From an archaeon (GTDB lineage Archaea; Asgardarchaeota; Thorarchaeia; Thorarchaeales; Thorarchaeaceae): a DNA stretch of 32,000 bases. The notes under the pieces were generated by a model that did no database searches, had not been told where the DNA came from, and saw nothing but the letters and a program-made list of their open reading frames with translations. Positions 8,981-17,883 of the stretch are shown here, one piece after another; positions within the stretch are counted from its first letter, which is position 1, and every line of letters starts with the position of its first letter. Where the stretch lies: contig JAJRZD010000081.1 of NCBI GenBank assembly GCA_024275415.1, forward strand, positions 16,215-48,214, written 5' to 3'. The position numbers and the translations under genes are program-made.

Positions 8981-10932
8981 TGGATCATCCCCATTGCATC
9001 TTGATTCTCGTATTTCCTCTGCCAGTGCGTTGTACCGGCACGAATCTTGTTCTGAAGGATAAGATGGGCTCTAATGAAATCTACGGGCTTGGGGGGGCAT
9101 CCTGGCAGGTATACATCTACAGGCACGACCTTCTCAGGGGGAGTCATCAAGGAATATCCATCCCAGAACAACCCGCCACTGGCCGCACATTGCCCGAAGC
9201 TTATGACGTATTTTGGTTCGGGCATCTGTTCATAGATACGGCGTAGTCGGGGAGCCATCTTCTTCGTGAGGGAGCCCGCAATCCACAGCACATCTGCCTG
9301 CCTTGGACCAAATAGAGGAAGCATTCCAAAGCGCTCTATGTCCCAACGGGATGCTACTGCTGCTGCACCGTCCACCATGCAACACCCAATACCGTACTGT
9401 ACTGGCCACGGACTATGTGCACGGCCCCATCTCAGCATCCATTTGAGTGGCGGAAGGTTCTGCAACCATTTCAACAGGATAGGTGCAATTCGCCCAAACC
9501 CATTTCGGAAGAGATCATAGCCAATCCACATGAAGTACTTCCCAATTTTAAGGATGAACGGTAACCAGTAGGCAAAGATCTTCCCTGGATTAGCAATCTC
9601 GTTTTTATCGAGTTTCAATTTCGCAGCCCGTATCTTTGCAAGTCTGCGCTCGCCAAAGTATTGCGGAGCATAGTTTGCAAACCAAATCCCAATCCCATGG
9701 GGGTGTCCACCGTGTCGTTGTGCAATCTTGAATATGACAAAACTCTGGGACCATGAAAGCATGAAGAATCTGCGCCGCTCGTCTTCAAGGAAGTAGCCCA
9801 TGATTGTGACACCGTTCTTTGAGGTCACATACCCGTCAATGCCGGCCCTTGCTGACGCCTGCTCGAACTGAAAGTCAGAAAGCACAGCCTCCAGATTCTC
9901 TAATGGAGCAAAGGCCTGCCCGACGACCAATGTGGGCCCTGCCTTCTTCACGCGCATCGGATAGAATCGATCCTTCCATTCGTGGGCAGCAACATGCTCA
10001 TCATATACTGTGCCATGATATTGTTCTGTGATGTTGCGAACGACCTCAAAGCCTTCTTCAATCTCCTCCTCTGTCCCTTCGTAAGCGATGAGGACAGTAC
10101 CATGATGCACTGGGAATGGAAACGGCTCATCTGAGTCCCAAATCTGCTTCTTGAGGTCAGTGTATTTGGACTCCTCGAACTTGATCGTATAGGGTAGGGG
10201 TCCTTCTTCAATCATCTTCTCCATCGCAAGAACCATTTGATAGTTCTCAGGAAAGCTTACCACGATAGGCTTGACTGGCATAAGGGGCTTGACCCTAAGG
10301 CGAATCTTCGTAATGATGCCCAAGATGCCCTCGGTATCGCAAAAGAGGTCTGTGTCAGTACTGGTTATTATCTTGCCATCAGGCAGAACCACTTCGAAGC
10401 TTAGAACATTGTCATTGATCTTCCCGTATTTCAAGGAGCCAATCCCATCGCCTCCTTGAGCCACCCATCCACCGATAGTGGCTGACAACCCAGACGACGG
10501 ATAGCATCGGAGATCCAGTCCAACTCGGTTCAGTTCGAATTGAAGATTTGCCCAGGAAATGCCTGGTTCCACAAGAACCGTCTGGTTCGCTTCGTCAATT
10601 TCGAGAACATTATCCATCCTGCGCATATCAACAATGACCCCTCCCTTACGAGGGATCGCGCCTCCATACCCACTTGTTCCCGCACCTCTGGGAATGATAG
10701 GAATTTTCTCTTCGTTGGCAATCCTGTATAAAGATTGTATTTCTTCAGGAGTTTCTGGTTGAACAGCTGCATCAGGGTTGTTATTCATCATGTAGCCGAC
10801 CTGTTTGGGTAGTGCACCTACATCAGTAGAGAAAATGACTAACTCATGCTTTGATGTGATCAGCCGGTCGCCAAAAACGTGTGATAGTTTCTCGAATTGC
10901 TTTTTCTTGAGTCCCATCGGAGATGTCTCCAT
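8977..10932 (-). CDS. nuoB: Fusion: FAD-linked oxidoreductase (FAD_binding_4/FAD-oxidase_C, GlcD-like) + complex I subunit NuoB
   Basis: N-part has PRGAGTSGYGGAIP, VEPGI, ATIGGWVAQGG.G..SLKYG, EGILGIIT and ends at NPGKIF. C-part has WGRAHSPWPVQYGIGCC, PRQAD, MPEPKYVISFGQCAASGG, VDVYLPGCPP. Single uninterrupted frame; start could be ATG 10917. Confidence 0.93.
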   Translation of the reverse strand: METSPMGLKKKQFEKLSHVFGDRLITSKHELVIFSTDVGALPKQVGYMMNNNPDAAVQPETPEEIQSLYRIANEEKIPIIPRGAGTSGYGGAIPRKGGVIVDMRRMDNVLEIDEANQTVLVEPGISWANLQFELNRVGLDLRCYPSSGLSATIGGWVAQGGDGIGSLKYGKINDNVLSFEVVLPDGKIITSTDTDLFCDTEGILGIITKIRLRVKPLMPVKPIVVSFPENYQMVLAMEKMIEEGPLPYTIKFEESKYTDLKKQIWDSDEPFPFPVHHGTVLIAYEGTEEEIEEGFEVVRNITEQYHGTVYDEHVAAHEWKDRFYPMRVKKAGPTLVVGQAFAPLENLEAVLSDFQFEQASARAGIDGYVTSKNGVTIMGYFLEDERRRFFMLSWSQSFVIFKIAQRHGGHPHGIGIWFANYAPQYFGERRLAKIRAAKLKLDKNEIANPGKIFAYWLPFILKIGKYFMWIGYDLFRNGFGRIAPILLKWLQNLPPLKWMLRWGRAHSPWPVQYGIGCCMVDGAAAVASRWDIERFGMLPLFGPRQADVLWIAGSLTKKMAPRLRRIYEQMPEPKYVISFGQCAASGGLFWDGYSLMTPPEKVVPVDVYLPGCPPKPVDFIRAHLILQNKIRAGTTHWQRKYENQDAMGMIQ

Positions 10933-11118
10933 CAGGTTGTCCAGACACCACTTGCTTTGCGATTGACTTCATGCCTGCATAAAAACCTAGCGAGTGACCT
11001 ACATCTTAGCGTAGACTTGAATGGGAAGGTATTTGTGGACTTTAAGCTTGGTTCTGATAGCAAGAAAAAGGAATTCGATGCGATACACATTTCAACGCAA
11101 AACAGTGAGGTAAGAAAC

Positions 11119-12342
11119 ATGGAATTTCCTAGTCTCAAAGCATACGGACTCCAAGATATGCCTTTTACATGCGCCCAATGCAGCTTTTGCCAGGTTGGCA
11201 ATGGAGCGTGTCCCACATACAAAGTGAAACGCCTTGATAGCTACTCCGGTAAGGGGAAGATGGTGATTGCCCGTAACCTGTTGCAAGGACGCCTTAGACC
11301 ATCTGAGGGGCTCGAAGGGCTAAGGGATGCTATCTTCAATTGTACACTGTGTGGTGGGTGTGAAGAAATATGTCAGGTAGATATCCCCTTTGTGAAGATC
11401 TATCAGCTGTTACGACACGAGTTCCTAAAGAGAGACATGTGGCCTCATGGACTTATGATGGCTAGGGACACTCTTCTAAAGACAAACAACATCCAGGGAC
11501 AATCCCAGATGGATCGCATCGAAGGCTGGTCCTATTGGCATCCTGATGAAGATATGGTACTAGACCTCCAAGGAAAGAAAGCCAAGACCGCTTTCTTCGT
11601 TGGATGTACCTCGTCATTCAAAGGAGTGTCAATTCAGGCAACCATCGCTTCCACTCTCGTTTATGACAAGGCCGGAGTCGATTTTACACTTCTGGGCGAG
11701 GAGGAATGGTGCTGTGGCGCACCGATGATAATGACGGGAGATTTTGACACTGCTAGGAAGTATGCCATGCACAACATCGAGAAGTTCCATGAGCTCGGTG
11801 TTGAGAGAGTTGTCACAAATTGCCCAGGCTGTTACAAAATGTGGGCTCACGAATATCACGAGTTCTTGGATATTGACCACGGTCTTGAGATTCTGTACGG
11901 TGCCGAATTTCTGATGGAAATCCTTGATGAGAACAAGCTGGATTTCAATACCCCCTTGGATAAGGGCATCACGTTCCATGATGGATGTGATGCTGGTAGA
12001 AATGCTGGATTCTATGAGGAACCTCGGAAGGTCTTGGAGTACATTCCAGGAATCGAGTTCGAGGAGTTACCGCACAACAAGGCCAATAGTTACTGCTGTG
12101 GTTCAGGGGGCGTCCTTAGAGCTGTAGACAATGACTTTGCAGTCAAGATAAACGAGCTTAAGGTGAAGGACATTGAAGCCACAAATGCTGAAATCGTCGT
12201 ATCACACTGTCCCTCCTGCGTTGACTTCATGCATAACCAATTGCCCGGTGCGGGCTCAAGCAAGACCTCGAAGGATCTAGTCGTACTGGTTGCACAGGCA
12301 TTGGGACTAGAGTGGGAAGGTCTTGAGGAAATCTATGGCTAG
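11119..12342 (+). CDS. HdrD/GlcF/GlpC-like Fe-S oxidoreductase (2x[4Fe-4S] + two CCG domains)
   Basis: CAQCSFC...CP, CTLCGGCEEIC; FVGC...WCCG...CPGC and HDGC...YCCG...CPSC. Start moved to ATG 11119 after GAGGT. Confidence 0.9.
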   Translation: MEFPSLKAYGLQDMPFTCAQCSFCQVGNGACPTYKVKRLDSYSGKGKMVIARNLLQGRLRPSEGLEGLRDAIFNCTLCGGCEEICQVDIPFVKIYQLLRHEFLKRDMWPHGLMMARDTLLKTNNIQGQSQMDRIEGWSYWHPDEDMVLDLQGKKAKTAFFVGCTSSFKGVSIQATIASTLVYDKAGVDFTLLGEEEWCCGAPMIMTGDFDTARKYAMHNIEKFHELGVERVVTNCPGCYKMWAHEYHEFLDIDHGLEILYGAEFLMEILDENKLDFNTPLDKGITFHDGCDAGRNAGFYEEPRKVLEYIPGIEFEELPHNKANSYCCGSGGVLRAVDNDFAVKINELKVKDIEATNAEIVVSHCPSCVDFMHNQLPGAGSSKTSKDLVVLVAQALGLEWEGLEEIYG

Positions 12343-12407
12343 TACTGGACAGGCACACACACCGGCAGTAGGTAATCAAATAAGCCAGTGTGCATGTTAT
12401 AGAAATA

Positions 12408-13661
12408 ATGCCATTGCGCAAGGATGAACTAGAGGATAGGTGGCTATACGAGCAGATTGTCGAAAGAGTGCCTCCGTTCAAATGGTTACCGCCCACATTC
12501 GATGTGATGACTCAGCTGTTGTTAGTCGAAGCTGGGGGGATTCTCGCATTCCTGTACTTCCGTTTGCCAAATGAGGCTATCTTCTTAGGCACGTTGGCGA
12601 TACTCTATACGGTCGTCTGGTCCGCTGGCTGTCTCTATGTCATCCCTTTTTTGAGGAAACTACGGGATCCTACGAACGAAGAGGAACGCCGTGTCCTTAC
12701 AAAGTACAAACACGACCTTCTTGAGGATAAGATGCTCGAGCTGATTGGAAGCATCGCATGTTACATCGCAATCACGTCGTATCTGTTATATGACCAAGAA
12801 TTGCTTCACCGGTTCCTTGGTCAGGGCTACGGAAATCTCATTCTTTATGGACTCCTGCTAATCCTCTCATGGGATATTGCATACAGGTTATGGCTTTCTT
12901 TCTTCACGGCATTCTCATCGGCACGCAGATCCATAAGCTTAGCGAGAGCAGCAAGAAAGAGAAGAGGTCTCAAATACACAGCTTATTCAGAAGTGCAAAC
13001 GCTAAAATCACTAGATATGATCAATCTCTACTGGGCCGCTTCTGCAGTCCTGCTAGTCCCAATTGCCATTTCCACTGAGATATTGCTCTATTCAATCGTT
13101 GCATTCTTTCTTTCCATTGTGATCCTGTCATTCGTGAGCCTGCTGGCGATGGAAACGATACCCTGGTTCCCACCGGATGTCGAGGACATCCTCTTGAGAG
13201 AAAGGTTTGCCTATGTGGCTGCATACAACAAGTCAACCCTTCACACAACTCCAGTGATCTTCGTCTACGACGGGAAATACATCTATTTCGCAATCAGCGT
13301 GAAATCAGCAAAATACCGGTTGATAAAGAAGAACAATAGGATTGCAGTTCTTGTAGATATGAGGGACGCCAAGAACGCAATGAATAACAGGTCAATACTA
13401 ATGCGTGGGAAAGGACTTGTCCTCGGACAGGTCAGCCCCTTCGGACTTATCCGGTTGTTCCTGTACGGCCTGTGGATGTTGAGAGTAAGATCCCTGTTCT
13501 GGAAAAAATACCCCATGTATATGCGATATTATAAAGAAGAGGCTGACTCAATCCCGCTGGCATGGCAGGATAAGCCCTTCGTGTCACGGGTTCTCGTAAG
13601 GCTCCAAGTAGAGAAAGCGACATACTGGAGAGAGGCGTTGCCGACATTCCTAAGGGTGTGA
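12408..13661 (+). CDS. Membrane protein with C-terminal PNPOx-like (split-barrel flavin/F420/heme-binding) domain
   Basis: Several N-terminal TM helices, then FAYVAA...HTTPVIFVYDGKYIYF..SVKSAKYRLIKKNNRIAVLVD. Start ATG 12408 (track GTG 12390). Confidence 0.7.
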   Translation: MPLRKDELEDRWLYEQIVERVPPFKWLPPTFDVMTQLLLVEAGGILAFLYFRLPNEAIFLGTLAILYTVVWSAGCLYVIPFLRKLRDPTNEEERRVLTKYKHDLLEDKMLELIGSIACYIAITSYLLYDQELLHRFLGQGYGNLILYGLLLILSWDIAYRLWLSFFTAFSSARRSISLARAARKRRGLKYTAYSEVQTLKSLDMINLYWAASAVLLVPIAISTEILLYSIVAFFLSIVILSFVSLLAMETIPWFPPDVEDILLRERFAYVAAYNKSTLHTTPVIFVYDGKYIYFAISVKSAKYRLIKKNNRIAVLVDMRDAKNAMNNRSILMRGKGLVLGQVSPFGLIRLFLYGLWMLRVRSLFWKKYPMYMRYYKEEADSIPLAWQDKPFVSRVLVRLQVEKATYWREALPTFLRV

Positions 13662-13723
13662 TCTAATGAGTCTAACAATAAGAGTCGTTGGAGGGATATA
13701 AGAACGTGACAGCAAAGCATTGT

Positions 13724-14173
13724 ATGATGCGACTGCATACAGGAGCCAGAAAGATATTGCGTGAAGGGTTCTTCGCGTACTTCACAACTGGGAATCCAAG
13801 ATCGTTCCCACACATCACAACAATGTTCTATATCTGGGACGAGGAATCATGTACATTCTATGTGATCACATCTGAATCGACAAAGAAGGTGAAGAATATC
13901 CAGCAGAACCCAAATGTCGCCCTCACCATTGATGAGCGTGACCCGCTGTCGCCTGCTGGTAACTGTGGTGTCTTGGTTCGTGGAAAGGCAAGAGTAATCC
14001 CCATCGAGGAGATGGGTGACATCCTCATGAACAAATACTGGGCAAAATACCTTAACGTCCTCGGACAGGGTTTTCCTATGGGCTCACGCTTGGCGATAGA
14101 AATCACTCCTCGTGTGATTCACTATTGGAGCGGAATACACTTCTTCAAGTGGGTTGACCACAGACACGCATGA
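13724..14173 (+). CDS. PNPOx-like (pyridoxamine 5'-phosphate oxidase family) split-barrel protein
   Basis: PHITTMFYIWD...FYVITSESTKKVKNIQQNPNVALTID...GVLVRGKARVI. Confidence 0.85.
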   Translation: MMRLHTGARKILREGFFAYFTTGNPRSFPHITTMFYIWDEESCTFYVITSESTKKVKNIQQNPNVALTIDERDPLSPAGNCGVLVRGKARVIPIEEMGDILMNKYWAKYLNVLGQGFPMGSRLAIEITPRVIHYWSGIHFFKWVDHRHA

Positions 14174-14343
14174 CATGAACAATATCGTACATAGACTGAA
14201 TCGTTATTCGAAAGGCCTTACTATAGACGCTTACTTGTAGATAGTGAAACGGGAGCCTGAGATTCACTTGATACAATCCTGCTGCCCCCCTCAGAGCTCA
14301 CCAATCGCTGCATCATAAGACGACAGCATATCTTAGATATGTG

Positions 14344-15390
14344 TTACATTGCCGGAGGAGGTCGCGTCAGGTTACGGTACTGGATAGCACAAATCACGAC
14401 TAGGACTATTCCCGCAATGGCCAGATAGATCAGATTTGATGTAAAACCCTTGAGGATATACCCTGCTGTGAGGCTCAGTGTAATGAGAAGATGTAGCATG
14501 ATAGTCGCGGCGTTGGCGGGAACCAACCGATTCGGAGCCTCATACTCTCGCATCATGATTCGTACTCCCAAATAGCCCAACGGAATTAACGTCAGAGCGA
14601 GGAGCGATTCAAACGCAATCAGCCCACTCACGACACAAACGACAATCCATACGAACACAGCTGCTATAAGAACAGCATAGCCCTTCGCAGCTTTCTCGCG
14701 TCCAAGCCGCACCACAACCGTTCTTTTTCCAGAATCCCTGTCTGCTGCATAGTCCTGAAATTCATTGATATAGAGAATCCCAGCAACAAGAAGTGCTGTA
14801 GGTATCGACGCAAGTATTGGCTCAAGAAGGATGTTCTGAGCTTGAACGTAGTAGGATCCGAGTACCATCAGAACGCCAAAATTAAGGCCGATAAATATCT
14901 CCCCAATGCCACGCTTCACCAATCTGAACGGAGGTGCGGAGTAGAACAGCCCAGACGCAGCACCTATCATGCCAAAAACAAGGATCAGGATGCCTCGAGT
15001 CAGAGCGAGATATACACCTATCAAACCAGTGATTGCAAAGAAGACCATAGATTCAGCCAGCACCTCACGAGGTGTTAGAAGACCAAGCTGAATCATCCGA
15101 CTCCCACCAGTGAAAGGACGGACGAATTCCGTGTTTATATCATCCGAACCCGTGTTCTCTGGAGTGTGGTCGAAATAATCGTTCGACACATTGGCTGCAA
15201 TGTGAAGAAATGCTCCTGCAATGACCGTCAAGAGAAAGACATCAAGCAGGAAAACCCCAGTCGTAGCCCAAGCTATCGCTGTGCCCAGAAAGACAGGTGA
15301 GATAGACGCGGTCAAGAATGGTGCTCTCAATTCCAGAAAGAACGCCTTCTTCTTAGATATTTGCATTGGCTCCTGAATGATTTCCGTCAT
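14344..15390 (-). CDS. menA: 1,4-dihydroxy-2-naphthoate polyprenyltransferase (UbiA family)
   Basis: LRAPFLTAS, ANVSNDYFD, FTGGSRMIQ, YSAPPFRL, INEFQDYAADRDSGKRTVVVRLG. Confidence 0.85.
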   Translation of the reverse strand: MTEIIQEPMQISKKKAFFLELRAPFLTASISPVFLGTAIAWATTGVFLLDVFLLTVIAGAFLHIAANVSNDYFDHTPENTGSDDINTEFVRPFTGGSRMIQLGLLTPREVLAESMVFFAITGLIGVYLALTRGILILVFGMIGAASGLFYSAPPFRLVKRGIGEIFIGLNFGVLMVLGSYYVQAQNILLEPILASIPTALLVAGILYINEFQDYAADRDSGKRTVVVRLGREKAAKGYAVLIAAVFVWIVVCVVSGLIAFESLLALTLIPLGYLGVRIMMREYEAPNRLVPANAATIMLHLLITLSLTAGYILKGFTSNLIYLAIAGIVLVVICAIQYRNLTRPPPAM

Positions 15391-15541
15391 CAGCTCTATG
15401 CCTCAATATGCAGTTTCGTAGATAGTCCATTCAAAACCTTTGCGGTGAGTTTTCAGAATTCCTTAAATGTAGAAAGTGTATCTGCGGAGCAACGCCAATA
15501 CGAAGGCAAACCTTTTGAACTGATACGAGAAGGTCGCAAAC

Positions 15542-16567
15542 ATGGATACATTGGATTACCTTTCCGACAGACTCGACAAAACGTCGGACAGCATTTTTCT
15601 CACAGACCTTCTCAAGAATGAAGATATCAAATCACGATTAGAGATGATCAATTCAGAGATAGATATCCATCTAGGAAAGGATGGAGAACCAAAGATTCTG
15701 TACGAAACGGCAAAGCATCTCCTCAAGGCAGGCGGGAAGAGACTACGTTCGTTGTTAGTAGTGCTCTGTTGTGAAGCGGTCGGAGGTGACATCACCAAGG
15801 CAGTTCCATTCTCTGTAGCCATCGAGCTGGCACAAACGGCCAGTCTTATCCACGATGATGTGATTGATGAGGACACACTCCGCAGAGGTGTGCGGTCAAC
15901 ACACGAACAGTTCGGCCATAAGATGGCAATTTTGGCTGGAGACCTCCTTGTGGCTCAGGCTGTCAAGATGATTGGAAGTCTTGGCACACCAGAGATAATT
16001 GTACAGATTGCAGAGGAGGGAATCAGGATGTGCGAGGGGGAGGCTGCAGATATACTCCTCAATGCTGACAACCCGAATGCCATGACAATCGAAAACTATC
16101 TTGAGATGATTCAGAAGAAGACTGTATCATTCATCAAGGCTGCAACGTCGGTGGGTGCTTCCATCGGCAAGGGCACGAAGGAGCAAATCAGCTCGTTACG
16201 CAGGTATGGAGAGAATCTGGGATTCGCATTCCAGATCCGTGATGATGTGCTCAACATAATCTCATCGTCTGACATCTCAGGAAAGGATGAATACAGTGAC
16301 CTCCTTTCGAAAAGATGCACATTCCCTTTGGTTCACGCTTTGGACAAATCATCGCCAGAGGATAGAGAGCGGTGTTTGCAGGCACTATCTGAGGGTGACA
16401 TGTCTGTCGCCCTTCATCTCGTTGAAAGGACTCGGGCAATCCCAGCTTCCATCGAGAAAACTACAGAGTACATCAGAAAGGCAAAGGCCACATTGAAAGA
16501 GCACGATTTTGTGAACGCACATCTTCTAGAACAGGTAGCCGATTTCGTTCTCCAGAGACTGCACTAG
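15542..16567 (+). CDS. trans-Polyprenyl diphosphate synthase, probably medium/long-chain
   Basis: GGKRLR, ASLIHDDVIDEDTLRRG (FARM), AILAGDLL, KKT, FQIRDDVL. Confidence 0.9.
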   Translation: MDTLDYLSDRLDKTSDSIFLTDLLKNEDIKSRLEMINSEIDIHLGKDGEPKILYETAKHLLKAGGKRLRSLLVVLCCEAVGGDITKAVPFSVAIELAQTASLIHDDVIDEDTLRRGVRSTHEQFGHKMAILAGDLLVAQAVKMIGSLGTPEIIVQIAEEGIRMCEGEAADILLNADNPNAMTIENYLEMIQKKTVSFIKAATSVGASIGKGTKEQISSLRRYGENLGFAFQIRDDVLNIISSSDISGKDEYSDLLSKRCTFPLVHALDKSSPEDRERCLQALSEGDMSVALHLVERTRAIPASIEKTTEYIRKAKATLKEHDFVNAHLLEQVADFVLQRLH

Positions 16568-16568
16568 A

Positions 16569-17681
16569 TCAAGCATTCTGGAACAATGTATCCGCATTTT
16601 GAATGAGTGTGCTGAAGAGTTTAACCTGCGCCGTCAGACCAGTAATCTGCTTATCGAGGTTCTCCCAGACGGCAGTCATCTCATCTGATGAAGGAATCTC
16701 AGGATCTTCCTCTTTCAACCTATCTAACAACAACGCACCCCTTGGCAGACTGGAACACAACTCTGCCACACTATCAATGTGCTGTTTATAATGATTCAAA
16801 ATATCCTGTATGACTTGGAAATTCCGATTCAGCAGTTGTTTGAACTTCTCAACCAAAGGATGGTTTCTGAAATCAGGCTTCAGATGCCATGAGCTTCTAA
16901 TCAACGGGGGATCATTTCGGTTCAGCAGCGACTTGGGATAGCGAGTTGCACTCTGAATTATTCTCCAACGGTCACGAGCCTCATTTTCAAGGGCTTGTGC
17001 AAGATTCTTGATAGAAGTCAGATAGGACTTTAGGAGTTCACGGTTCATCTTCCCTTGATGTCCTTTCAACACCATAGTCAATGTGTAATCAGAAACCAAG
17101 TCCAAGTTGATGGCAGAACTCCTCATGGCATCGGCATACTTCTGGACCTCATTCACTACCTGGATCAAATCGACGGGAACCTTGTACTGCTCTAATGCGG
17201 GAATATCAAGGAACTTTGTGTCTATTGAATCGTGAATGGAAGTGATTAGTTCCCACTCGATTGTTTCAAGCGCGTTCATGAATTTGGTTTGGTCGTGGAG
17301 ATTGGATGTTATTTCCCGAATTGAATCGTCGCCAGTAGTTGCAGTCAATGAAAAAATACGGTTCATCATGTTGCTCAGAATGACCCTGTACTTGGTACTC
17401 CTTCGGACGAGCACATTGCGAGATTCCAAGAGGTCAAGGATATCTACCTCAGTACTTCCTCGTAACTTGATAGGTGCAATATTGACCTCAGCATCAAATT
17501 GCACAGGGAGAGATTCTCCACATTCGTAACTGGTCAGCAGTTGACCTATTAGTGTGGCATGGACACAGAGTTCGCTCAGACCTGTAATAGCCTTGACAGC
17601 AGCAGAGCTTGCATATCCTGTACTCAGTAGCAGTTCTCTGGCAGAGTCCTCACTTTCAAGAAACTTGGAAGAATAACTCAT
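16569..17681 (-). CDS. Hypothetical protein, predicted mostly helical
   Basis: 370-codon ORF filling the gap between convergent and divergent genes; no motif recognised. Confidence 0.75.
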   Translation of the reverse strand: MSYSSKFLESEDSARELLLSTGYASSAAVKAITGLSELCVHATLIGQLLTSYECGESLPVQFDAEVNIAPIKLRGSTEVDILDLLESRNVLVRRSTKYRVILSNMMNRIFSLTATTGDDSIREITSNLHDQTKFMNALETIEWELITSIHDSIDTKFLDIPALEQYKVPVDLIQVVNEVQKYADAMRSSAINLDLVSDYTLTMVLKGHQGKMNRELLKSYLTSIKNLAQALENEARDRWRIIQSATRYPKSLLNRNDPPLIRSSWHLKPDFRNHPLVEKFKQLLNRNFQVIQDILNHYKQHIDSVAELCSSLPRGALLLDRLKEEDPEIPSSDEMTAVWENLDKQITGLTAQVKLFSTLIQNADTLFQNA

Positions 17682-17883
17682 TATAACATCTCCTGCCCCA
17701 GCTCACTTATAGAAATAATGTGTTTGGATACGCTAAATTTACTGTTCGTGTTGTTTGTTGCGGTTGTTTCAGAATGCACAAGGAAACCAACTGAGTGTTC
17801 CATAAAGCTTATTATTTACATTTCGTAACTACTCGTCAATCTGGGTCTTGAGTTTTGAACATCGGCAAGACTAGGAACGCTAT

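Noticed and set aside
10897-11118. N-terminal extension of the CCG protein in the ORF track
   Set aside because: Overlaps the divergent gene start and promoter region; GAGGT precedes ATG 11119.
15542-16567. Ordinary lipid GGPP synthase
   Set aside because: Ala rather than Phe at the chain-length position and adjacency to menA favour a longer-chain enzyme; not excluded without an assay.
16569-17681. Fumarase/adenylosuccinate lyase-like resemblance (GKMN)
   Set aside because: The GSSxMPxKxN signature is absent; the similarity is too weak.
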